Source: Camelus ferus (Eukaryota). From it: 64,000 nucleotides of DNA. The DNA lies in assembly GCF_009834535.1 (NCBI RefSeq), contig NC_045697.1, forward strand, positions 82,958,001 to 83,022,000, given 5' to 3'. Shown here one piece after another: positions 37,868 through 50,644 of this stretch. Position 1 is the stretch's first letter; each line of letters opens with the position of its first letter. Under the pieces are notes generated by a model. The model was not told the DNA's origin. It was given only the letters and a program-made list of their open reading frames with translations, and did not search any database. The position numbers and the translations under genes are program-made.

Positions 37868-40800
37868 AGAAATTAACAAGTTAGACAATGGATTGTTATG
37901 GGGATATAATTCACATATTACATTATGTTAGTTTTAGATGTAAAACTTAATTATTTGATATTTGTATACATGGTGAAATGATCACCACAATAAGTCCAGT
38001 TAACATCCATCTCCCAACAGTTATAATTTTTTCATTCCTGCAATGAAAACTTTTAAGATCTACTGTCTTAGCAACTTTCCAATATACATTACAATACTGA
38101 CTATATTAATCATGATATATCTTACATCTTCATGACTTATTTTATAACTGGAAGCTAGAGATTTTTCCACCTTTCCCCATTTTGCCCACCCCCCACCTCT
38201 GACAATCACCAATCTGTCTCTGTATCTATGAGTTTAGTCTTTGTTTATTGTTTGTTTTATTGGTTTTTTTTAGATTCTACATATAAACAAGGTCATACTG
38301 TATTTACTTCGTCTGTCTGACTTATTTCACTTAATTTAATTCCTTCAAGAATTATCCATTAGTCACGTGTGGCAAGATTTCATTATTTTTAATGGCTGAA
38401 TAATATTCCATCTTATGTATTACCTTATTTCTTTATCTGTTTGTTTATCAATGGACATTAGGTTTGTTTCCTTATCTTGACTATTGTAAACAATGCTGTG
38501 ATGCCCATAGTTGGTGTTCTTTTTAGTTAGTGTTTTCATTTCCTTTGGATAAATACAAAGACATGGAATTGTTGCATCATAAGGTAAGTCTAATTTTAAA
38601 ATTTTGAGGAACTTCCATACTGTTTTCCTTAGGGTCTCAACCAATTTACGTTCCCACTAACGGTATCTAAAGGTTCCCTTTTCACAACATCCTTGCCAAC
38701 ACTTGATGCTTGTTGCCTTTTTGATAACAGTTCTAACAGGTGATATTGCACACTGGTTTTGATTTGCATTTCCTTGATTATTAGTAATAATGAGGACATT
38801 TTCATATACCTGTTGCTCATCTTGTATGTCTTCAATACAAAAATGTGCATACTCAGAACTTCTGCTCATTTTTAATTGCATTGTTTGATTTTTTTTGGTA
38901 TTGAGTTTTATTAGTTCCTAATATATTTTAAATATTAGCTCCTTATCAGATATATGATTTGCAAATGTTTTCTCTTATCCTGTATGTTGTCTCTTAGTTT
39001 TCTTGATGGATTTCTTTGCTGTGCAGAAACTTTATATTCAGTTACAGTCCCATTATTTTATTTTGTTATCTCTGCTTTTGATTTAAAATGAAAAAAAAAA
39101 AAAAATCATTGCTAAGACCAGTGTCAAGAAACCTAGGTTTTCTTCCAGCAAGCAGTTTTACTTTATGTCTTATGTTTAAGTTTTAATCCAGTTAGAATTG
39201 ATTTTTATATATAGTGTAAGAGAGTAGTACAGATTTACCATTCTGCATGTGGCTTTCTAGTTTTCTAGCACTATTTACTAAAGAGACTATCATTTCCCCA
39301 TTGTACATGCTTGGGTTCTTTATTTTAAATTGTCCATATTTGTTTGGGTTTTCTTCTGGATACTTGATTCTGTTCACATGATAAGTGTGTCTGTTTTTAT
39401 GCCAGTATCATACTATTTTCATTACTATAACTTTGTTTTGTAGTTATAAATCAAGAAGCATGGTATCTTCAGCTTTGTTCTTCTTTCTCCAGATTACCCT
39501 GCCTATTCAGGTCTTCTGTGGTTTTATACAGCTTTTAGGATTGTTTGTTATAATTTGTGAAAAATGACTTTGGAATTTTGATAGGGATTGCATTAAACCT
39601 GTAGATTGTTTTGAATAGTGTGGACATGTTAACAATACTAATTCTTCCAATTTATGAGCAAAGAATATATTTCCATTTATTTTTGTCTTATTTAGTTTCT
39701 TTTATCAGTGTCTTACAGTTTTCAGAGCACAGGTCTTTTACCTCCTTAGCTACATTATTTTATTCTTTTTGATGCAATTGTAAATAAGATTTTTTTCTTA
39801 ATTTCTCTTTCTGTTACTTGTATATTAACAGGATCCCTGTATATTGATTTGTATCCTGAATCTTTATTGAATTTGTGTATTAGTTCTAATAGCTTTCTTG
39901 GTGGAATCTTTAGAGTTTTCTGCATATATAATACCATGTCATCTAAGAATAGTCGTAGTTTTATATCTTTTCCTGTTTGATTGTTTTCAATTTTTCTTTT
40001 GGTCTCATTGGTGTTGCTGGGACTTCTAATACTGTGTTGAATAAACATTGTGAGAGTGGCCATCCTTGTCTTGTCCCTGACCCTAGGGGAAAAGCTTTCA
40101 GATTTCCACCATTGAGTATGAAGTTAGCTGTGAAGTTATCATATATGTCCTTTATTATGTTAAGATAGTTTTCTCTACACTCACTTTAAGAGTTTTAATC
40201 ACAAATGGATGTTGAATTTTGTCAAATGCTTTTTTTGCATTTATTGAGGTGATAGGATTTTTTTTCATTTTGTTAATATCGTGTATCACATTGATTTTGC
40301 AGATAATGAATCATCCTTGCATCACTGAAATAAATTCCACTTGATCATAGCGTATGATCCCTTTAATACATTTGAATTTGGGTTGCTAATATCTTGTTGA
40401 TTTTGCATCTGTATTCATCAAGGATTTGGGCCTATCATTTTCTTTTCTTGTGTCATCCTTGTCTGGTTTTGGCATCAGGGTAATGCTGGACTGCTAAAAT
40501 GAGTTACGATGAGTTACCTTGTCTTTAATTTTTTGAAATAATTTGAATAGCATTGGTATTTTTTTTTTTTAATGTTTGGTAGAATTCACCACTGAAGGCT
40601 TCTGGTCCTAGTCTTTTATTGATGGGAGATTTTTTTATTACTGATTCAGTCTCCTTACCTGGTAAACAGTTGTGTTCAGATTTTCTATTTCTTAATGTTT
40701 TCATAGGTTTTATGTTTCTAGGAGTGTATCTGTTTCTTCAAGGTTGTCCAATTTTTTGCTGTATAATTGTTTTATAAGAGTGTCTCATGATTGTAATTCT

Positions 40801-41480
40801 GTAATATCAGTTGTAACATCTTTTCTTTCATCTCTAATTTTATTTATTTGAATTCTTTTTTTTTTCTTGGCAAGTCTAGTGAGTGTTTTGCTGATTTTGT
40901 TTATTTTTTCACAAAAATAACTCTTTATTTCACTAATATTTTCTAGCTTTTTGCCTCTATTCATTTCTGCACTGACTGTGTTATTTTCTTCTTTTACTAA
41001 CTTTTGGTTAAATTTTTATTTTTCTAATTCCTGAGATATAAGTTTAGGTACTTATTTGAGTTCTTTGTTGTTACTTAATATAGACACTTATCACTATGAA
41101 CTTCCTTTTTAATAACTGCTTTTGCTACATCCCATAAGTTTTGATATTCTGTATTTCCATTTTCATTTTTCTCAAGTCATTTTTATTTCACTCTTGATTT
41201 TTATTGACCTATTATAATCACTAGCAAGTTGTTTAATCTCTATTTATATGTGAATTTTCAGTTTTCTTCTTGAAATTAATTTCTAGTTTCATACCATTGT
41301 GTTTAGAAAAGATGGTTGATATAATTACAATCTTAAATTTGTTAAGATATTTTTTGTGGCTTTGGTGTGAGAAGAATATGTATTATGTTGATTTGGGATG
41401 GAATTTTCTGTATATGTCTGTTTAGTCTATCTGGGAATGTGCCATTTATGTCCAATGTTTCCTTATTGATTTTTTTTGTA

Positions 41481-41710
41481 TGAGAAGAAGGATGGAGGGC
41501 AAGATAGGGGGATGGGATTATTAGACACAAACTACTATGCATAAAATACATAAGTAACAAGGACTGCACAGGGAAATGTACTCATTATTTTGTAATAACT
41601 TTAAATAGTCAGTTTTTTATAGATTATACTCTATGTTGTACATCTGAAACTAGTATAATATATTAAATCAACTATACAATAAAAATATTTTAATAAATAA
41701 CAACAAACAA
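41481..41710 (+). mobile_element. Short LINE-1 3'-end insertion (opposite orientation to its host)
   Basis: ggcaagatagggggatgggatta..gacacaaactactatgcataaaata...tatgttgtacatctgaaactagtataatatattaaatcaactatac, followed by an A-rich tail. Confidence 0.88.
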
Positions 41711-43713
41711 ATCCCTTTAACATTTTTTGTAAGAAGCCCATTAGCTCTTTGTCTAAAAACCTCTTACTTTCCTACTCTCGGTGACAACTTTGTTCAGGAG
41801 AGTATTACTGGTTGGCGGTTAATTTTGAATATATTGTGCTACTCCCTCTGACCTCCAAAGTTTCTGCGGAAGATCTCATAATCTTATGTGAGTTCCCTTT
41901 TATGTAGCAAGTTGTTTTTCTCCTGTTTTTCTTTTTTTTTTTCTCTTGTGCTTCTCTTGATTTTCCTTGTTTTTAAGTTTTGAAGCTTTATTTACAACAT
42001 ATCTTGTTGTGGGTCTCTTTGGGCTTATCTTTTTAGGAATATCTGGGCTTCCTGAATCTAGATGTCTTTCTTTCCTCTGCTTATGGAATTTTTTTAGCCA
42101 TTATTACTTTGAATGAGTTTTCTGTCCCTTTATTTTCTTCTGGGACACCTAAAATGCAAATGTTAGTCCATCTGATGGCTGTTCCTACGTCCCTTAAGCT
42201 ATCTTCACTCTTTCTCTTCTCTTTTTCTTTTTTTTTTCTGCTTTATGTGAATTCCAGTGCATTTTCTTTGAGTTTGCTCATCCTTTCTTTTATTTACCTA
42301 GTGTGCTGTTGAATCCTTTTAGTGTATTGTTCAGTGTAATGTCTTCTTCATCTCTGTGACTTCTGTTTGATACTCTGTTATATTTCCTATCTTTTTGTTC
42401 AAATTCTTAAGTTTGTTCATACATTTTCTTCTGAGTTCAGTGAGCATCTTTATGATCATTATTTTTGCAGTCTTTCATGTTAGTCACCTGTCTCCGTTTC
42501 ATTAGGGTATTTTTCTGAGGTTTTATATTGTTCTTTCCTTTGGAACATACTCCTTTGTTTCTTTATGTCCCTGGACTCTGTGTTTGTTTCTAAGCATTAG
42601 ATAAAACAAGAACCTCTGCCTTCTGAAGGAGTGGTCTTGTATAGATGAAACGTACCGTTCAAGTGTCATAGCTTTTGGTTGACTCTCAAATTTTGCGATT
42701 TTTTCAAGCAGCTTATTTTATTTTTAGAGGTTCCCATTAGTTGAGGCTGTAACAAGACCTATCAGCTATCCCAAAGGGTAGATCTGAGTCACCACCTAAA
42801 TTCAGGCTGATTGAAAGCCAGACCCTCATGCGGCAGCTTTCAAAGTATGCAAATATACTGCTTTCAGGCGAAGACTGAGAGATGCGTTTTTCTATTTGTT
42901 CCCTCTGCACTGAGCCCTTGGGTGATAGGCAGTTAAGAACTGTTTCTTCTTTCTACCAACTAGTTCAACTCATGAACATAAGCACTACTGGGCATCAGGT
43001 CCATGAAACCAGGGAACATCCCCTAGATGAAAGTCACAAAAACCAGGGCACCAAACTTAAAAATCTTGGTACTAGACATGAGTACAGGCTCCTCTTTGGG
43101 AGATACTGATGCCCTGGAGCACGGCAGAGGAAGTGTGCAAAGACAGCATCCTTCTGAGGTCTGTGGAAGGTCAGCCTGAAGATGTGTGTCTGATTAAAAG
43201 CCTACCCTCTCAGGTCTCAGTTACGAAGATAAACTAATAAGCCTCTTTCACAGGAAACAGACTGAGGCTCCCAGTCTATCTTCCATGCCCTGGATGTGGT
43301 AGTCAGTTAAGAGCTCTTTCTTCGTTTGTTACAATCCCGTGGGACCCATGAACATAAGCCCCAGTGGCCGCTGAGCCAGGCAACATAGAAGTATCTCCTG
43401 GGCAGTAGTTGCAAAAATTAGAGAGCTAGATGAGTGTGCAAGCGTCTTCCAGGAGATACTAGTGAGCTGGAGTGAGACAGATGGAGACAGAAAAAATGGT
43501 GACCTGCAGCCTCCATCGTTGGAGGGTATTTCAGTAGGCGCCTACGTGTGTATGAAATTTGACGCTTGCCCCTGAGTCTGGTGTTTTAATACAAGCAAAT
43601 AAGCCTCTTTCACAGAAAGTCTGGGTGTGTTTCAGTTGCCTGCCTCTGTGCTGGGCCCTGGGGTGTGTGAGTTTATGTACACAAGCCCTTTAGATCTGTT
43701 TCTCAGTTCACTA

Positions 43714-44232
43714 TGTTACCGAGTCCAAACTCAGTCTGCTCGCCACATGATAGGCCAGTAAATTGGGAGACAAAGTGTTGAGACAAGGAATAACGACTTT
43801 ATTCGTAAAGCTGGCAGACTGAGAAGATGGCAGACTAACATCCTGGAGAACCATCTTTCCTAAGTCAGAACTGAGGTTCTTTTTATACTAAAAGGGGAAG
43901 GAGTGTGGTTGGTTGGTGCATATTTCTTAGTGTCAGAATCCTTGGTTCTTGCAGCTGTCCATATATGTTGGGTCCTCGTGTCCCTGTAAACTTCCAACAA
44001 GACAAATGTTATTTTCTACTCTGCAACTTTTTAATCTCTATATGGACAGAAAACTGTTACACCCTTAAGGTCAGAGCCTTGAGAATGAGCTGTCCTGTAT
44101 ATTTCAGGCTCTAGGCCACATTCTTTTATAAAAGGTGCAGAACCAGCATGACTAAGCACAGGAAACAGAGCACAGGGTTAGACCCAAAGGAACAGATCTA
44201 ATATAGAATCAGATTTGTTCTTCCCTGCGACA
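43714..44232 (-). mobile_element. ERV1-class solo LTR (519 bp)
   Basis: TG...CA termini (tgttaccgagtcc ... ctgcgaca). On the minus strand, a TATA-like gtataaaaa (~43880-43888) and AATAAA (43798-43803) lie in the correct order. 4-bp TSD acta (43710-43713) / gcta (44233-44236). Confidence 0.9.
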
Positions 44233-44809
44233 GCTATAGCCCTGTGTGTTCTGTGGAAGGCAAGCCCTGTTAGCTTTCACAGCTAGATGTTTTAGGGGCT
44301 CATCTCTTAGGTGTAGGTCTTAAAAGTTGGGGTGCCAGATTTGGGGTTCAAACATTCCCTCCTCAGGGAGAAACTCAGGGTTGTGAGATTCCTCCGAATT
44401 GCAGGTTGCCATGTAGGCATGAGGATTCTGGTGATACTGTGTCTCATCCTTTCCTACCCACTTTGTGTGGATTTTTTTTCTTGTTTGTTTAGTATGTAGG
44501 AGCCACTCAGTTTTTGACTTTATTTCAGAGGAAATTGTTTTACTTGTAGCTATAGATTTGGTGTGTCCATGTGGGGAGGTGCGTTTTAGGATCCTCCTAC
44601 ATCATTATCTTTTACTGGACCCTGGATTAACTTTAAATAGTAAAAAAAAAAAAACCAAAAAAAAAACCCACAAAAAAACCCCTCAAATTAATAATTGATA
44701 TTTTAAGATTATTTACATCATATTAACCTAACAGCTTAAAAAAATCTCTATTTTACTTATTCCAAGTAATTAATAGATAAACATGAGAGTACAGAATACT
44801 GTATTAGCA

Positions 44810-45538
44810 TACCTGTGGTTTACCTTGGGCTATGCGTCAGGGTGCTATGGGATATGTTCCTGAAGAATTTTAAACCCCAGTTACTTAGTTGGTACAAGGC
44901 CCAGCCTTAATATTCTCAGAGGTCTTTGTGTCTAGCTGCAAGCATATACCAGGTACTCTTAAATCTTTCTGAGGTCTCAATAAAATATAGCTGCATCCTT
45001 TATCTGAACTTTACCCTGAGGCTATGCTTACTATCAGAGCCCTGGATTTGATCTTTTTCCAGAAGCCATTTCCTTCTTGGGGATTCTTGTTTTCTAGGGA
45101 GGCAGCTCTGACTAGGAAACAGTTTTACCTTAGAAACTAAACAAGCCCTTTTGTTTCCTTTGGAGACTGTCTAAAGCTGTGCATTCTTTTTTTTTTTTTT
45201 TTTTTTAAGATTACCTTATTTCTCTGTAACAGGCAGCTAAAAGAAGCCAGTTGACGCTTTCAGTCACCTGCCAGGAATCTCCTTAGCTCAGTCCACAAAG
45301 CACTTGGGTTCCCTTTCTACATACGCTGTTAGTACAGGTTATAGCTTTGCTATTTTTGTTTCAATGCATATCTGGAGTCCTCTTTGCTCCAGACTCCAGT
45401 AACTATTTGCTAACTGTTTCTCAAGCCTTCACTGTCATTTTGAGGTTCTTCTGGTTCTGCTCACTGACTGCATACAAAGTCAAAGCCACAAATTTAAGAT
45501 ATTTGTTATGTCCGTAATCTGCTTCAAGTATCAAATGC
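44810..45538 (-). mobile_element. MaLR internal region (MLT1-int) adjoining its 5' LTR
   Basis: caaagtcaaagccacaaatttaagatatttgttatg...agtatcaaatgc immediately before the LTR matches the antisense MLT-int 5' junction; ccagaagccatttccttc lies upstream. The left boundary is approximate. Confidence 0.7.
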
Positions 45539-46030
45539 TGTTGCAATTATCTGTTGCTCTTATATCTCATGGTTCTATAGGCTAGCTGGGTCTTAGTGGA
45601 GCAGTTCCTTTACCGGTCGCTCTTGAATTTCCTCACACACAGTAATATAGTGACTTGGATGGCAGGTGGTGCTGAACGTCTGGCGCCTTAGTGCTTCTTT
45701 TTCTGGACTCTATATATATATGGTGTCTCATTCTCCAGGACCTTTCCACATGGCTTTTTCTTTCTCCTGAGAGAAGCCTGGACTTCATCTCAGGTGGCTC
45801 AGGACTCCAAGAGAGAGCATTCCTAGATAGAATATTGCTTTAAAAAAAAAAAAAAAGCAGAAGTTTCCAACACTCTCAAGGGCTGGATGCAAAACTAGTC
45901 CAATATAGCTTCTACTTTATTCTACTATTAAAACAGACTAGAATCAACTAGAATGAATGTGGTGGGGGCCGCATAAAGGTATGAACACTGGGAAGTTAAC
46001 TGACAATAACTTAGGTAGCAGCCTGCTACA
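45539..46030 (-). mobile_element. MaLR LTR (MLT1G/H-like)
   Basis: tgttgcaattatctgttgct ... tctcattctccaggacctttccacatggc ... gtggctcaggactccaagag ... gcctgctaca; TG...CA ends. Confidence 0.8.
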
Positions 46031-47339
46031 CTTGCTCTTATTATTATTGGTTATTTTTTTCTTCTTAACTAGACTGATTAAAGTCTGAAAATGATTTTAC
46101 AAGTTGGATACCTAAAGCTGTATTTTTGAGGCATTTTGAGAGGGGGAAAAGCTGGGAAAGAAGGAGAAAATGGAAAAAAAAGGAAAAACAAGTAAGAAAA
46201 GTGAAAGGTTAAAGATAGTTCTTTGTAGATGTTGCTGCCAGGCATCAATGAAGGACAGAGATGGAAGGTGAAACCTTCCTCGATGTATATTAGCAGCTAG
46301 AAAAAAATTCAGTAGCAAATTTTTATTGCCCAAACTTGTAAGACAAAGCAAATACTGAGTGGAAGTAGGGTGCTAAATGAAAGCAGTAGGGTGCCAAAAG
46401 ACTAACATTATTGGCACCTTATAGAAAGCCATAAAGAATGTTGTTCAGAATGTAAATGCTTTAGGAAAGAAAAGTAATACATCATTATCACAAAATGTGA
46501 GAAAATTATTTCAGCATGGTGTTTTTATAACTATAACTAGAAGTGACATACATGCAAAAAATAAGGGGTTCCTGCATAGATAATGAAAGCTCTATTAAAT
46601 AGTAGTTCAAACTAGTTGTAATATTTGAATTTATTTATTTAACTGCAGTAGCATTTAGAGTTTGCATATCTGTAATTGTTTAAAAAAGTGTCAAAACATG
46701 TGTTGAAACATTTTCACTCTAAAAACAATTTTGTTGACAGGTTTAAAAAATTGCAGGAAGTCTCATGGTTCATCCAGCAAAGTATGATATTTTTCATAAT
46801 GCTGCACTTAAAATGTTTTTCACAATTCTATTGATTTCTGGGTCTCACAGAGCAATTGCCTTAATGCTATACTTGAGGAAGCATTTCGTGTTCAAGTATT
46901 TTAGTTGAAACACACTTAATGAGAAGTTGCAATATTTTCCCCTGCAATCCTTAGCCTTCTTTAAATGTTAAGGAAATTTTAAAGTAACCCAATTTTAAGA
47001 TAATGCTACTAAATTTGTGGACTACAATAAGGTATTTTATGTATTGTGGATAGAAAAATAGCATGAAAAAAACTTAAAACTACTTTAGTTTTTCTGATTT
47101 GACAAATATTCCAAAAAATACTAATCATTTTTTTTACCTCCAATCTCTGATGTATGGAAGAATAAGAAATTAAACATATTGTGATTTCTATTTGAAATAA
47201 TTTTAATCTTTCACAGCTATAGAAATACTTATAAAATTAGTGTTAAAGTTCAAAAACTATCATTTATCTAATATACTGTTTAATAAACATTAAATTATAT
47301 ACAGATATCTGTATAATCTATTATAATTGAATTAAGCAC

Positions 47340-50020
47340 TACTTATTCCCATATTATGGAATCTAACTTTATATATTTACCATTATCAGCGAGTTTTATG
47401 CTGTCCCTTTCTGTTTTCACAATGTTAATAGCATCCTTTCACTTCCATTTAAAGAGCCCCCCTTAGTGGTCATGGACTGCCTCATCTTTTATTTGTTTGG
47501 GAAAATCTTATCCCTCTTTTATTTGTGAAGAACAGTTTTGCTGGCTTTAGAAATCTATTTGGGCATGTTTTTCTTTTAATATTTTGAATATATCATCTCA
47601 TTCTTTCTTGGTCTGAAATATTTTTGTTGACAAATCCACCTAAGGTTTTATGAGAGTTCCCTTGTATGTAACTTCCTTTGTTCCCTTGCTGCTTTCAAAA
47701 TTCTTTCTTTGACTGACTTTTGACAAGTTAATTACAATGTGCCCTGGTGTAGCCCTATTCAGGTTCAACCTCTTTGGGGAATTTTTTGGTCCTCTTGGAT
47801 CTGGATGTCCATTTGGCTCCACAGGTTTGGAAGTTTTCATCTAGGATGGCTTTAAATACATTTTCTGTCTCTTTCTCTTCTTCTGGAATTCCTATCATGC
47901 AGATATTGTTTCTTTTCATTGTGTTCCATAAGTTCTGTAGGCTTTTCATGGTTTTATTTTTCTTTATTTCTCTGACTGAATAATTTCAAATGCTATCTTC
48001 TCGATCACTGATTCTTTCTTCTGTACGGTTGTGTCTGCTTTTGAAACTCTCTATTGAATTCTTTGGTTCAGTCCCTGTATGTTTGAGGTCTGGAATTTTT
48101 TTCTTTTGTCTTTTGTTTTTGTTGTTGAGCTTCTCATTTTGTTCCTGCATTGGCTTCGTTTTCCTAATTTCGTTTTGTTGCCTATGAGTTCTTGTAGTTT
48201 ACTAAACTTCATTGTGAAGGTAATTCTGAAATCTTTGTCTGGAAGTGTATAGATTTACATTTTTCAGAGTTATTAGAGCTTTATTAGTTTTCTTTCGTGT
48301 CATGTTTACCTGATTTTCTGTGATCTTTGATTCCTTACATTGCTATCTGCACATTTGAGTAAGTGGTCTTCTCTCTCAGATGTTAAATATTTGCTTTGGC
48401 AGACAGTTCTTCATCAATCAGCTTTCGGTTTTTGGATGTTAGTTAGTGTCGCCCTTGGATTGGTGCAGCATGCACTTAGGGCCTAATTTTGGATGATACC
48501 ACTGCCTAAGCTCAGATCAGAGTGCTGCTGGATGACAGCAGTTGGCTAGAACTGCCGGCTTGCTTCCCTGCCCAGGCAGAACTGTAGGGTGGGCTCTGTT
48601 GTTGCCTTGGTTCTCTAGTCAGGCCTAGTAGACACTCAGAACTGGGCACTATACTCAGGAGCATATGAGCCTAAATTAGCTTCCCCGGCCTGGCAGGGCA
48701 GTAGGACAGGGCCCAAGGCCTGCGTGGCTCACTGTTTGGAGACCTGAAGCAGGTAACACTGTGCACTAAATTCCCTGGCTAAATAAGGCCACCGGTTTTA
48801 CTGTGCACATGGGGAAAGCCATAGGCCATGCTCTCTGTGCAAGTGCCGCTGTGAAGGGGCTGCTGGATGCACTACACAGCTGTCCATGTGCTCTGCTTAG
48901 ACTCTCTGGCTGGGTAAGTTGAAGGCTGTGTTCAGGAATGGGAGGGATTATGAATATGTTTCTCTGCCTTTGCATGGAAGAACTAGCTCCAAGCCTGGCA
49001 AGGCTCTTTGTGTGTGGCCATGACTCAAGCTAGCCCATGCCCCCAGTGCCCTGCCCAAACATGGCCACTGGCTCTGGTGTGAAGTCTATCAGCTCTGCTT
49101 GCAGGACTCTCTGCTCAAGTGTTGCTGGGCTACACAGGTTTCCAGGTATCCTGGCCAGGCGTCCAGGCTAGGCAGGGCTGGGAGCTACACTCAGCAGTGG
49201 ATGTGGTTATGAATTAGCTACCCTGCCTGGATGGAGCAGTGGAACACTCTGCACCTCAGATAGTTCTTTGGGGTCTTGAATCAAGCTGACCCACTCCGCT
49301 GGCTCCATGGCTGAACAGTGCCAGTTACTCTGCTCTGTGAGTGATCAGCTCTGTCTGCTCCATTCTGCTGGAGCACTGTTGGGCGATGCAGCTTCCAGCT
49401 GTTGTTGACAGCATTTCTGTTCAGCCCAGGCCAGGGCTGACAAGGCACTTTGTTTGATGACCCAAATGAAGCAGACCTATACCCTGCCCTGTTCCTTGTT
49501 CAGAAAATGCCATTGACTTGGCTCTGTAGTGAACAAAACCACTGGTTGGGACTACAATTTGGGTGCTGTAGGTAGGAACTTATTCTGTCAAGATCCAAGT
49601 GCTGGTTGTTAAAAACTTCTCCCACTTCTCCATCACAGTCCAATTCCCAGTGTTCAAACCCTACAGATTCCTCTGCAATCCCCGTGGAGTGAGACTAGAG
49701 TGAGGGCTCGCAAGAAGTGATCCATGACACTGGTGGCGCTGGAGGTTCACAATGGGCTCTCTTTACTCATTAGAGAAACTGCAGGATCAGGAGAGGCCTC
49801 TCAACATGGGGCCCAGGCCTGGAGGGGAGCAATGTGGTCAGTGTGTAGGGGCTCCTCTTAGCCTTCTAACGCAGTCTCCCTTGGTCTCTGTGGCGCAAGG
49901 GGTGATTTGGTCTCACCCCTATGTTGTAGGATTTTCTCAGTGGTGTCTTGATCATGAATGGTTGTTGGTTGTTCTACTCATGAGCTGAAGTGAAGTCAGT
50001 CACTCTCTTGGTGATGTCAA
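47340..50020 (-). mobile_element. Older LINE-1 5' portion (ORF1 plus repeat-structured 5' UTR)
   Basis: ORF1 peptides SLQNLWNTMKRNNICMIGIPEEEKETENVFKAILDENF (47755..47949) and RATPGHIVINLSKV...VTYKGTLIK (47640..47840). 5' end cactctcttggtgatgtca. Confidence 0.9.
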
Positions 50021-50644
50021 TTTAAATGTCAGGAATTTTACAAGAAAATTAAACTTTAAAAGAAGGACTTAGAAGCCATTCTGAAAAAAAAAAATGGGTC
50101 CACTAAATAAAAACAGCCATTCTTAAAGACATTTTTTTTTTGGTTCAGATTTCAGAGACATAAATCTTATTTAGGCTCTGGATGTCTTTATTACCCAAAT
50201 ACACTTAGGGTGAACCTTACCTGAATTTCAACCATAGAACAAAATACATTTTGTTGCACGTAGTGATAAAGAACAGGGTCTTTTCCAGTTTTAGAAAAAA
50301 AAAAAGACAGAAAAAAATATCTTAATGATAGCTTTAATTAGTCTATGAAACATACCTAGATAGATTTTTATGACTTCTGACGTTCAGTTTTTAATTTCTG
50401 TTTTGAAATTGTGACACTGCCTTGGGGTATAAATCGTTAATATAGAGATAACAGGGTTAGTCTTACTCTGATTTCTGTCTTTGCCTTTGCTTAAGGGCAG
50501 GTGTGCCCAGGAAATGAATGTCACCAAACATAAAAAGTAAATAAAGATATTATGCTGTTAGGTTTAGATTTAACAACAACATAATAGCTTTGAAAAAACT
50601 TTGAAAATCAGGATAAAAATAATTTACTTCTATTAAAAAATGAC

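Larger units (their letters stand above)
37900..44620 (-). mobile_element. Near-full-length older LINE-1, decayed, interrupted by a sense L1 tail (41481-41710) and an ERV1 solo LTR (43714-44232)
   Basis: 3' UTR aaatgatcaccacaataagtccagttaacatc; ORF2 peptides (38420..38644, 39192..39377, 39755..40063); ORF1 antisense ~41711-42600; long 5' UTR ending ggatcctcctacatcattatcttt. Confidence 0.92.
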
